Below are positions 21,616 through 30,513 of a DNA stretch of 64,000 bases, one piece after another; position 1 is the stretch's first letter, and every line of letters starts with the position of its first letter. The stretch is from Blastocatellia bacterium (GTDB taxonomy: Bacteria; Acidobacteriota; Blastocatellia; UBA7656): NCBI GenBank assembly GCA_963765495.1, contig CAVXWP010000001.1:128001-192000 (forward strand), in the 5' to 3' direction. Under the pieces are notes generated by a model that was not told the DNA's origin, ran no database searches, and saw only the letters and a program-made list of their open reading frames with translations. Made by a program: the position numbers and the translations under genes.

Positions 21616-24600
21616 TTAAGCACTATTAACTCCATACTTTTTATTAAAAGCAATCTTGTTTCCGGCATTGGCTTCGGTCCCGCCCACCGTGTTATCGTGA
21701 GCCCCGCTATGAATGATGACTCCGGCCAGCCCATTTCCTAAATCACTCACCCCGTCGGAAGCCGTGCCGATATAATTGCCCGATACGCGGGTATCGTGGG
21801 TTAGCTCTCCGGAGATGGTAACTCCGCTCAGCCCATTGGCTGAGATAATGTTGCGCGCCTCCGGTATCTCACTGCCGAACCCCCCAACCAATGTATTTGT
21901 GGCGATGGAGATAAAGATTCCTGACCGTTGATTCCCAAGCCGCTGGGTTCCACTTAAATCCGTGCCGATCAAATTGCCTTGAATCTTCGTTCCGTCAGGG
22001 CGAACCAGTATAGCAAACTCTCCTGGCGCTGCCCCGACAGAGATGCCGATACCGAGATTGCCCGATATGAGGTTCGGCGCGGGCGCTCCGGTTTCCGCGT
22101 CAACGCCGCCGATCATCGTGTTAGTCGCCTTATTTCCAACCCCGATGCCTATTTGAAGATTTCCCAGCGCCCCATCGCCTTGTAAGTTTGTCCCTATTCT
22201 ATTGCCCTGGATAATGGTGTTGGTTGGCGCGGTGTTATGTTCGGGCGAAGCTGAGACGAGAATGCCTATGTTGTTCGCTGAAACCACATTGGATATAAGC
22301 TTATTGTCTGAGGCTCCGTCGACAAAAATCCCGGCACCTGTATTTCCTAACCCGGCATCCCCGGCCCTATTGATCCCGATATAATTGTACCTGACGGTGT
22401 TGCTGTCATTGATGATGTGAACACCGTGCCCTCCATTGCCCGATATCAGATTTCGGTGCCTGAGGGTGGAATCGCCAATTTGATTGTGCATCCCGTCTAC
22501 ATAGATGCCGTCGCCGCCGTTTGCCATAGCCGTATCACCTGCTACGTTTGTCCCTATGAAGTTGGTATGAATCGTGTTCTCCTGAGGAAACGGGGTGTTG
22601 TTATTTTCTCTCTGTATGCTGATTCCGTTTTCTGTATTGCCGGAGATGAAATTGTTAATCACTTTGTTCTGCGAGCCAAAGATCTCAATCCCGCTCCCGT
22701 TTGGCCGGGCGGTATTAAACCCTATATCGAGCCCGACTACGTTGCCCTCCAATCTGTTATTAACCGCCCCTGCCAGCAGTCTGATTCCCACATTGCTGTT
22801 GCCGCTAATGATATTGCCTATATATCCAACGCCTATACTATTCCTAACGCCTATATCATTATTGGTGGCGACGCCGATGACGATGCCTGTTGCTTGATTT
22901 GTGCCCGGATCATTGTCGAAATCCCCGATTGTGTTATTTACCACCTTGTTGTTTTGCGTATGCGACGCGTCGTTGTCTCCATCAATATTAGAGATAAAAA
23001 CGCCCCCCTGCTCGTTATCAACAATCGTGTTGGCCTCTCCAAATCCGCCGCCAATCGTATTGTTTGACGCTCCGCGTATGGCCACACCCAACATACTCAG
23101 CCGTATCACATTGTGAGTAACAAAATTGCCATTGGCATTCTCCTCTATCTGTATGCCTTGCCCCGGCCCTCCAATCAGATTCTTTTCCTGGTCGCTGCTA
23201 CCGCCGATGTGATTGCCCGATGCGCCATGCGTAATAAGCACGCCATATGTGCCACCGGCAGCCCCTTCACCGTCGGCGATCACGGCGATATAGTTGCCGA
23301 TAACCGTATTATTCATAGCGCTTGCTGTATCAATCAGCACTTGAGTGGTGCGGTTGGCGGCTATGACATTCCTCTCTAAAGAGGTCGCGCCGCCTATCCG
23401 GTTCAGGCTGCCGGTGATATGGACGCCGGTATCCTGACGACCATTCGGGTCCGGGGTTATGCCGTCGGCCAGAATGCCGATGTAACAGCCTGTCAGGGTA
23501 TTATTGCTGCTGACAAACTTAACTCCGGCCTTGAAAAACCGATTGATTGCCAGCGCCCGCACCGTAGAGCCATCGCTGCCTGCTGCAAACACCAAACCGT
23601 CCGTAGCTCCCGTGTTGATGCCGTTTATCTCAATTAAGGGCGCGCTTGAATATCCGGACTGCGACGAGCCATCAAGGATGACCTGTGCGGTGATGGCGGG
23701 CAGCGCCGAGCCGGGCATGATCGTATGAATGCCCGCGCCGGAAATGTCGAACTTAATCGTATGCGAGCCAACATAGCCCGCTCGTGTGACGACTTCGAGC
23801 GCCGCTCTCAAACTGCATTGCAACCCGGTCGTGTTGGTATCCACATCACAAACGCCGTCATTGGGATTTTCGTCCGACTGGTCGCCTTCGATAGTGACGA
23901 TGAGCGCCGACGGGCAGGTTTCCTGCGGCGCGGCAAGATAATCTTTGAGGCTGCGGTACTGGCTCAGACCGCTATCACTACAAGTCGCACCGGCGTTGCA
24001 GGAAAATTCCGATGTGTTGCCGTAATCATCGGTGGCGGTAGAGGAAATCACGGCAGATGAGGAAACGGTTGAGGTCGAGGTGAAGGTGAAGGAGGCAAAA
24101 CCATTGCCATCGGTGGTGACATCGGTTGAACCGATTGATGTTTCACCTTCGCCGTGACCTGAGGAATCGCCATTGGTGCTGGCATAAAAATCAATAGTGA
24201 AGTGTTGATGACCGCTGCTGCGGAGGATGCCTTCAACCGTCACCGTGCCATCGCTGTTGAAGACAGGGGCGATCAGTTCGGGGAAATTTTGCAGGAGGTT
24301 GGCGCCAAGATCACTATCCTGATCGCAATTATCATTGATCGTCACCCCGTCGCCGCTGGCCGAGGCGTCAGAGCTGAGATCAATGCCCAGACCGCCGTTA
24401 TCCTTGATTGAATTGCCGCGAATCTGATTCCCACGCGTTGGCGGATCGCCGGGAGACTCGTGCACCAACACACCCGCGAGGTCGTTATTCCAAATCACGT
24501 TTTGTTCGTCGGAATCCGTGCCGCCGACGACGGTGCTGCCGTATCCGTCAAGAAACACACCGCTGCGTTCGTTGCTCAACGGCAGGTTGTTTCTGTTCAG

Positions 24601-27600
24601 CCCGATATAGTTGTTGATGATGCGCACATCGCCGCCGATATTATGCACATGGATTCCGTTTGTCGCATTACCCGATATGTAATTCTTCGAGAACTGATTG
24701 ATGCCGCCAATCGTCACCGAAGTCCCGAACGTGGAAATGATGTTGACCGCGCCATCCGTGAACGGCCCGTTGGGGATGGTGTTTATCCCGTCTACATCCG
24801 TGCCGACTAGATTTGCTTCGACCGTGTGCGTTTGAAAGTTGAATCCCGAACCAGACACGATGTTGATTCCCGAGCCGTTGCCGGAGACGAGATTGCCCAT
24901 GTTCACGTTCTGGACCGCATCATACAGACCAATAAAGGTATCGCTGGTTTCGACGTGTATGCCGCCGAAGTTTCTGAGCGCCTGGGCGCCGTCCATCGTT
25001 GTCCCAACATAGTTGTTGAATATACCTACGGTTCCAAATCCATCACGGTAGACCGCTCCCCCCGTGGAAGGAGGGAAGAGGTTGTCATTTCCCGAAATCA
25101 AATTGCAAAAGCCTGTGCACGCGCCTCCCGGAGTTGTGCCTCCCGGCGCGCCAATGTTTGAAAGCGAGAGATTATTGCTGACGTTCACCACACCAGTGAT
25201 GGTGAAGAAACCGCCAAGAAAGTTGCGCCAATCATTTTCCATCGCCATCGTCCCGGTGATGTCCGTGCCGATGTTGTTTCCAATAATCGCACAGTAGCCG
25301 CCTTCGCTGATACCGTTGAAGAAGGTGTCGTTGCACCAGATGCCGTCATAGCCGTTGTCAGAGATGATATTGCGTCCGGCTGGTGTAATCGAGCCGATGG
25401 TAGTCGTCACAACCTGAGTGGTGGTAATGCCTTGCCAACAGTTACCAAGCGGATGCAGCCCGTCGGCGCTGGTTCCGATGCGGTTGCCTTTGACCGTATT
25501 TCCATTAGTCAGCAAATCGCCTGTGTCTACCGAAATCAACGGCACGATTTGCATGCCTTCGCCAAAGCATTGCCCCGGAGCCGGGTTGACATCGGGTGGG
25601 TAGAGTTTGCCGTTCCCGGAAATCGTGTTGCTGTCAAAATCCCCGTCACCGCCGATCTGGTTGTTGTTGCCGGTCAGCAGGACGCCGCGCGTGTTGCCGA
25701 GTTTCGACATCCCGGACCGGCTCGTGCCTATCAAGTTGCCGGCGATGAAATTGTCGTTGCCCGCAGTGACCGAGAGGCCCGCGCCGTCGTTGCCTGATAT
25801 GAGATTATATGCGATGAAGTTCGTGTCGGCGTCGAAGATGTTCAACCCTGTCGCTTCGTTCCCTTTGTCGAGTGTGCCGCTGGGGTCGGTGCCAAGGCTA
25901 CAGTTGGTGATTATGTTGTTGCCGTTGTTCGGAAAGAGCGTAGTGCTCTCGATGGTCATGCCGTTGCCGCCAATCAGGCTGCCGGTGTTCGGGTCTTGGA
26001 CGGCGTGAAACTCGTTGATCGCCAGGTTGGCGATGAAGCAGTTGCTGGCGCGAATCTTCAGGCCGTCGGCGGCCACGCCGCTCAACTGGTCGCCTTTGAT
26101 TTCAATCAGGGGCGTGCCGGTGAAACCGGGCTGCGTCGAGCCGTTAATGGTAACCGACGAGGTGATGGCCGGCAGTTCCTGCAAAGGCGAGATCGTATGC
26201 ACGCCGCTGCCCGGGATGTTGAAATCGATCTCGGCGCCGCCTCCGTCAGAATTGGCCAGTTGAATCGCTTCGCGCAGCGTGCATGGCTGGCCGGTTTGCA
26301 AGCAGTTGCTTGCGCCATCGGCTTCCGTGTTGACCGTGAATGTCGCCGTGGGCGTGGTCAGCACTACAGAAGGACTCAAGGCGCCGCTTCGCAAGACGAC
26401 CAGATCGGTCAACGCGTCGGCATTCAACTGCATGGGCAAGACGGCCAGCGGCGCAGCCTCGTCATCGAGTGAAACGATTTGACTCGTCAGCATCTGGCTC
26501 GCGGTATTCGCCTGCGCGACGATGTGTATCTGTCTGGCAGATGAATCAGGCAACGCGAGATCGTCTCTTCCTGTGTTTGAAGCGCGAAGGCGGACAAGCC
26601 GCTTTGCAACCGGGGAACTGGCGGCGCTCGCCAGCCGCGCATCGGTGATTAGCATTTGCAATTTCCATGCAGAGAGTGGCGAAGGGCGCGCGGCAATCGT
26701 TCGCAGGAAAGCATCCTTCGTGCGCTGCCGGCGCTCGTCGGCTTGCGCCCCTTTTTCAGCCAGCAACTGCGCCAGTTCATCCTTGCTCATGGCTTTTAGC
26801 TTTTGCGCTTCGTCCGCAGCTTTTTGATCAAGCAGCCGCTGTCTCGTGTCGGGGGAGAGCCGCGAATCCATCAACGTCAAACCGCGCTGAGTGGCGGCTT
26901 CTTCGTTAGGCGGCCCGGACTGTGCCAGCAGCGCAAACCGCTTCGCATCTGCACCCGACGGCACAAAGGCGCGCGATCTGGTTTGTTGCTTCGCCGCTTC
27001 GGGCAGCGCGACGTTTGACGGCTTGCGCTCATCGCGCAACGGCTCGAGCAAGTACAAGCTGCCGCTCGCATCCAGCAGCGCCAGATTCTGGCCGCGCTGA
27101 TTGGAGAACTTTCCGATCTCAAGCGCGGCGATGCCGAACGGCATTTTTCGTGTCGCGACGACCGCACCCGGACGTTTGATGCCGAATCGCGGGTCTAAAT
27201 CCCACGGGTAAGCCTGCCCGCGTCCGTGAATTATCGTCAATTGATCCCCGCAGGCGACGGCTATGTCTCCATAATAATCATCGTCCAGATTCCCGATTGC
27301 GATGTCGACAGCTGGCGCTGGAAGTGCCAAGACTTCCGGCTTCTGTTTGAACGCCCCTTCGGGTTGCTCAAAAACCACAAGCTGTGAACTCTTCCCGTTT
27401 TCTACGGCCACGGCCACATCGCTCTGCCCATCGGCACGGCCTATTTCTCCTACCCCCAGTGCCGTTATTTTTCCCGGCAGCAGTATCGTCGCGGGAGCCG
27501 CAAAATTCCCCCTCCCGTCGCCTGTGAGTAGTTGCAATCCATTGTCGCCTTTCGCTGCTGCCAATACATCTTTCCTCCCATCTCCATTGAAATCTCCGAC

Positions 27601-28785
27601 CACGAGATAGTCCGGCCTCAGCCCCAGAGGGAATGTCTTTTCCGTCGCATAAAATGGAGAATCGAGGAACGTGCCCTCGGCTTTGTGCCTTTTGGCTTGC
27701 GGCGAGTCAGGAAACATCGAATCCACATTGCCCCGATAGAACTTCAATGTGCCATCAGCGTCGGCGGTCACGAGGTCTGCTACGCCGTCGGAATCGAAAT
27801 CCGCCGAGGCCAGTAGCGATGGCTCGCTCGCGCTCGTCTCTTGATTGGCTGCCGTGCCTGATTGCAGGGAGAGTTCCTTGCCGTCTTTGAAGTTGATATA
27901 AGGCGCTCCCCGCCCTTCGGCTTTGATGGTGGTCCTGCCTGGCGTCTCGGTTGATTTATCTGCCCCCTGTTTCTTTTCTCCGGATTCAGAAACCGTCGCG
28001 GCGGATTCCGAAGGCTGCCCAATACCAGGCGGGGGGCTGTTGTTCGCTTCGGTTTTGGCTTCGCCAGAAGCCTCCGGGTTGCCGCTTGCAGGAAGCATTG
28101 CGCTGACATGAGGCGCGTCTGTACCGCCGGTCGTCAAGGCAGATTGATTGCTGCTGGCGACCCTCGCTTCGGTGCGAGTCTCAGCCAGATGGGCGGTATG
28201 ATCTGACGGTTGTGGAGCCTTGTTCCAGCCTTGTGTGAAGACGCCGATTGGGGGCTTCCTGGAGAGAGAGACCACCCGTGGTGCGATAGCGAATACGTTA
28301 CGGGTTGCTGCTAGCAAGCCTGTGCCGCTCGGCTTGCCCGCATGTTCGTTGGCAGCAACGGTTCTGGTGCTGCGCGCCGTTTCGCCGCGAGCAATCGCGC
28401 TGTAGTCCGGTACGTGATTGGCTGTCAGTTTGGGAATGGGATGTAAGATGAACGAACGAGAGCCGCGCAGAGCAACGACCGTACCTCTCGGTGCGTCGCT
28501 CTTGTGATTGTCAAGACGGCCCGGCAACATAATCACCCGTCCCGCAATATTTATCTCGCCGGTGCGCAGCGGCGTTTCCTCAAGCGGCGAGGCGGGCAAT
28601 TGATACGTCTCGCCGCCTGTGTTCTTTCGACCCCTCCCCGCACCACTCATCACTAATGCGGTGCCGTCATCAGTAGACGCTGCGGCACGAGATTGAGGCG
28701 GCAAGGCGCTGCTTATAAGGCAGAGCGTGAGCATCAAGGCAAAGATGAAGCGCAGTCTTCGGTGGTAGTAATCTGATGGCAGCAT
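21616..28785 (-). CDS. Giant secreted FG-GAP/CSLREA/beta-helix protein, copy 2, N-terminal ~2390 aa (about 3400 aa with the downstream fragments)
   Basis: Signal-like N-terminus; DFDSDGVADL and GDFNGDGRKDV FG-GAP motifs; CTLREAI and CSLRAAL; many NxISGN/GNxIGT repeats; frameshift near 21616-21630. Confidence 0.88.
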   Translation of the reverse strand: MLPSDYYHRRLRFIFALMLTLCLISSALPPQSRAAASTDDGTALVMSGAGRGRKNTGGETYQLPASPLEETPLRTGEINIAGRVIMLPGRLDNHKSDAPRGTVVALRGSRSFILHPIPKLTANHVPDYSAIARGETARSTRTVAANEHAGKPSGTGLLAATRNVFAIAPRVVSLSRKPPIGVFTQGWNKAPQPSDHTAHLAETRTEARVASSNQSALTTGGTDAPHVSAMLPASGNPEASGEAKTEANNSPPPGIGQPSESAATVSESGEKKQGADKSTETPGRTTIKAEGRGAPYINFKDGKELSLQSGTAANQETSASEPSLLASADFDSDGVADLVTADADGTLKFYRGNVDSMFPDSPQAKRHKAEGTFLDSPFYATEKTFPLGLRPDYLVVGDFNGDGRKDVLAAAKGDNGLQLLTGDGRGNFAAPATILLPGKITALGVGEIGRADGQSDVAVAVENGKSSQLVVFEQPEGAFKQKPEVLALPAPAVDIAIGNLDDDYYGDIAVACGDQLTIIHGRGQAYPWDLDPRFGIKRPGAVVATRKMPFGIAALEIGKFSNQRGQNLALLDASGSLYLLEPLRDERKPSNVALPEAAKQQTRSRAFVPSGADAKRFALLAQSGPPNEEAATQRGLTLMDSRLSPDTRQRLLDQKAADEAQKLKAMSKDELAQLLAEKGAQADERRQRTKDAFLRTIAARPSPLSAWKLQMLITDARLASAASSPVAKRLVRLRASNTGRDDLALPDSSARQIHIVAQANTASQMLTSQIVSLDDEAAPLAVLPMQLNADALTDLVVLRSGALSPSVVLTTPTATFTVNTEADGASNCLQTGQPCTLREAIQLANSDGGGAEIDFNIPGSGVHTISPLQELPAITSSVTINGSTQPGFTGTPLIEIKGDQLSGVAADGLKIRASNCFIANLAINEFHAVQDPNTGSLIGGNGMTIESTTLFPNNGNNIITNCSLGTDPSGTLDKGNEATGLNIFDADTNFIAYNLISGNDGAGLSVTAGNDNFIAGNLIGTSRSGMSKLGNTRGVLLTGNNNQIGGDGDFDSNTISGNGKLYPPDVNPAPGQCFGEGMQIVPLISVDTGDLLTNGNTVKGNRIGTSADGLHPLGNCWQGITTTQVVTTTIGSITPAGRNIISDNGYDGIWCNDTFFNGISEGGYCAIIGNNIGTDITGTMAMENDWRNFLGGFFTITGVVNVSNNLSLSNIGAPGGTTPGGACTGFCNLISGNDNLFPPSTGGAVYRDGFGTVGIFNNYVGTTMDGAQALRNFGGIHVETSDTFIGLYDAVQNVNMGNLVSGNGSGINIVSGSGFNFQTHTVEANLVGTDVDGINTIPNGPFTDGAVNIISTFGTSVTIGGINQFSKNYISGNATNGIHVHNIGGDVRIINNYIGLNRNNLPLSNERSGVFLDGYGSTVVGGTDSDEQNVIWNNDLAGVLVHESPGDPPTRGNQIRGNSIKDNGGLGIDLSSDASASGDGVTINDNCDQDSDLGANLLQNFPELIAPVFNSDGTVTVEGILRSSGHQHFTIDFYASTNGDSSGHGEGETSIGSTDVTTDGNGFASFTFTSTSTVSSSAVISSTATDDYGNTSEFSCNAGATCSDSGLSQYRSLKDYLAAPQETCPSALIVTIEGDQSDENPNDGVCDVDTNTTGLQCSLRAALEVVTRAGYVGSHTIKFDISGAGIHTIMPGSALPAITAQVILDGSSQSGYSSAPLIEINGINTGATDGLVFAAGSDGSTVRALAINRFFKAGVKFVSSNNTLTGCYIGILADGITPDPNGRQDTGVHITGSLNRIGGATSLERNVIAANRTTQVLIDTASAMNNTVIGNYIAVIADGEGAAGGTYGVLITHGASGNHIGGSSDQEKNLIGGPGQGIQIEENANGNFVTHNVIRLSMLGVAIRGASNNTIGGGFGEANTIVDNEQGGVFISNIDGDNDASHTQNNKVVNNTIGDFDNDPGTNQATGIVIGVATNNDIGVRNSIGVGYIGNIISGNSNVGIRLLAGAVNNRLEGNVVGLDIGFNTARPNGSGIEIFGSQNKVINNFISGNTENGISIQRENNNTPFPQENTIHTNFIGTNVAGDTAMANGGDGIYVDGMHNQIGDSTLRHRNLISGNGGHGVHIINDSNTVRYNYIGINRAGDAGLGNTGAGIFVDGASDNKLISNVVSANNIGILVSASPEHNTAPTNTIIQGNRIGTNLQGDGALGNLQIGIGVGNKATNTMIGGVDAETGAPAPNLISGNLGIGISVGAAPGEFAILVRPDGTKIQGNLIGTDLSGTQRLGNQRSGIFISIATNTLVGGFGSEIPEARNIISANGLSGVTISGELTHDTRVSGNYIGTASDGVSDLGNGLAGVIIHSGAHDNTVGGTEANAGNKIAFNKKYGVNSA

Positions 28786-28837
28786 TGGGCATTCCTCATT
28801 CGATCTGCGGACCAGATGCATCTTCAGATCGATATAG

Positions 28838-30091
28838 TTAATTTACTCCACACAAACAGGAGTTATTTCTGGTGTCTCGGTCAGCGATTGTGCATCGCAA
28901 AGTACCGGGAGGCGATTGCAAGCTGGCATTGCCTCGATGCTGAGTGCCTACATAATATGCCAGGACGCGGCGCTCGGGGGTGTAGTGTTGCAGATTCCAG
29001 ATGGTGCCTTTTGAGGTTATCGTTCCTCTCCCGGTGTAGGTTGTGCCCCCGCAACAAAAACGATAATCGCCCGTCCTCGTGTTAAACAACAGCACGGTCC
29101 CTGCATTGCCGTCATCCTGCAAACAGACATCAAAGGTCGTGACGGTGAAGTTGCAAGTTGCGGTATTGCCGGAACTGTCTGTCGCCGTACAAGTCACCGT
29201 CGTCGTCCCTAACGGAAAACAACTCCCCGATGGCGGATTGCACGTCACGGTTACTCCCGGACAATTATCGCTCACCACAGGCGCGGGATAGTTGACCACC
29301 ACGCAGGACGAACTCTGATTCGGGGATACCGCTGTGAGGTCTGCCGGACACGTAATCAGGGGCGACTGTGTGTCGGCGATGGTTATTGTGAAGGCGCAAC
29401 CGGGGCCTGCGGTGGTTGTGCAGGTCACTGTGGTCGTGCCTTTCGGGAAGAACGAACCCGAAGCCGGAGAACAGGTAACCGTGCCGCATCCGGCTGAGGT
29501 GGTCGGAGCCGGATAGCTCACCACTGCGCCGCATTGACCCGGATCATTGCTCCTTGTGATATTCGTCGGGCAGGTGATGGTGCAGGCTTGCTGCGTAACC
29601 GTCACCGTGAAGCTGCAAGTGGCGGTGTTCTTCGAGGCATCGGTAGCCGTGCAGGTGACCGTCGTTGTGCCTGTAGGGAAACAAGTGCCAGAAGGTGGTG
29701 AGCAAGTGACCGTAGCGCCCGGACAGTTGTCATTGGCAGCCGGGGTTGTGTAGTTGACGACGGCGCACTTCTGAGTCGATTGAACATTGACATTTATGTC
29801 TGCCGGGCAAGTCAGGTTGGGCGGGGTGTCGTCAACCACGGTTACCGTAAACGAGCAACCCGGCCCTGTTTTAGTCGCGCAGGTGACGGTTGTTGTGCCG
29901 ACGGGGAAGAAGGAGCCGGAAGCGGGCAAGCAACTCGCCGAGCCGCAGTCGCCGGTTGTTGTTGGCGCGGGATAGTTGACCACCGCGCCACACTGAGTCG
30001 CGCCGGGGCCGGTGTTGGCGGTCTGATTAGGCGGACAGGTAGTCGAGCAGTCTATCTCGAAAGCGCCGATGTCAGAGCCGTTGCCGCCCAC
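28838..30091 (-). CDS. HYR-domain C-terminal fragment of the CSLREA/anchor-Q protein, copy 2
   Basis: Almost identical to the copy-1 C-terminus; separated by a 1-base deletion at ~30091 (CCCAC-GCG versus CCCACAGCG). Confidence 0.8.
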   Translation of the reverse strand: MGGNGSDIGAFEIDCSTTCPPNQTANTGPGATQCGAVVNYPAPTTTGDCGSASCLPASGSFFPVGTTTVTCATKTGPGCSFTVTVVDDTPPNLTCPADINVNVQSTQKCAVVNYTTPAANDNCPGATVTCSPPSGTCFPTGTTTVTCTATDASKNTATCSFTVTVTQQACTITCPTNITRSNDPGQCGAVVSYPAPTTSAGCGTVTCSPASGSFFPKGTTTVTCTTTAGPGCAFTITIADTQSPLITCPADLTAVSPNQSSSCVVVNYPAPVVSDNCPGVTVTCNPPSGSCFPLGTTTVTCTATDSSGNTATCNFTVTTFDVCLQDDGNAGTVLLFNTRTGDYRFCCGGTTYTGRGTITSKGTIWNLQHYTPERRVLAYYVGTQHRGNASLQSPPGTLRCTIADRDTRNNSCLCGVN

Positions 30092-30513
30092 GCGTTCGCA
30101 ATCGTCGGGTCATCAACAGGACGAGGGAAGCCGCGCTGGTCAGTAGTGATGGGCGTTGCGGTGATCGGGTCGATGGCGGCAGCTCCTTTGTCTATTGCCG
30201 GGCTGCCCGCAAGCAGCGCCAGGGTCATCGTCGGGCCGCCGTTATCGGCCAGTGGGCCAAGCAACGGGTCAATCGGCATGGCATCCGTGCCGATCTGATC
30301 GCCAGTCATCGGAACGATGGTCGCGTCCTTATTATTGCCGATCAGGTTCCAGCCCTGCGAAGTGAGTGTGCCGTCAAAGTCGGGGCCAACGTCAGCGGTA
30401 TTTGTGGCGATGATGGTGTTCTTGGCCGTCACCGTGGCGTCATTATGAATGCCGCCGCCATTACCTGTGCTGCTCGGGCCGCCCATTGAAGGACGGCGTG
30501 CCGACCGCAGCAT
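30052..30513 (-). CDS. Middle fragment (choice-of-anchor Q) of the CSLREA protein, copy 2
   Basis: GWNLIG...LGPLADNGGPT...DQRG; bounded by frameshifts at ~30484 and ~30091. Confidence 0.7.
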   Translation of the reverse strand: MLRSARRPSMGGPSSTGNGGGIHNDATVTAKNTIIATNTADVGPDFDGTLTSQGWNLIGNNKDATIVPMTGDQIGTDAMPIDPLLGPLADNGGPTMTLALLAGSPAIDKGAAAIDPITATPITTDQRGFPRPVDDPTIANAWAATALTSALSR

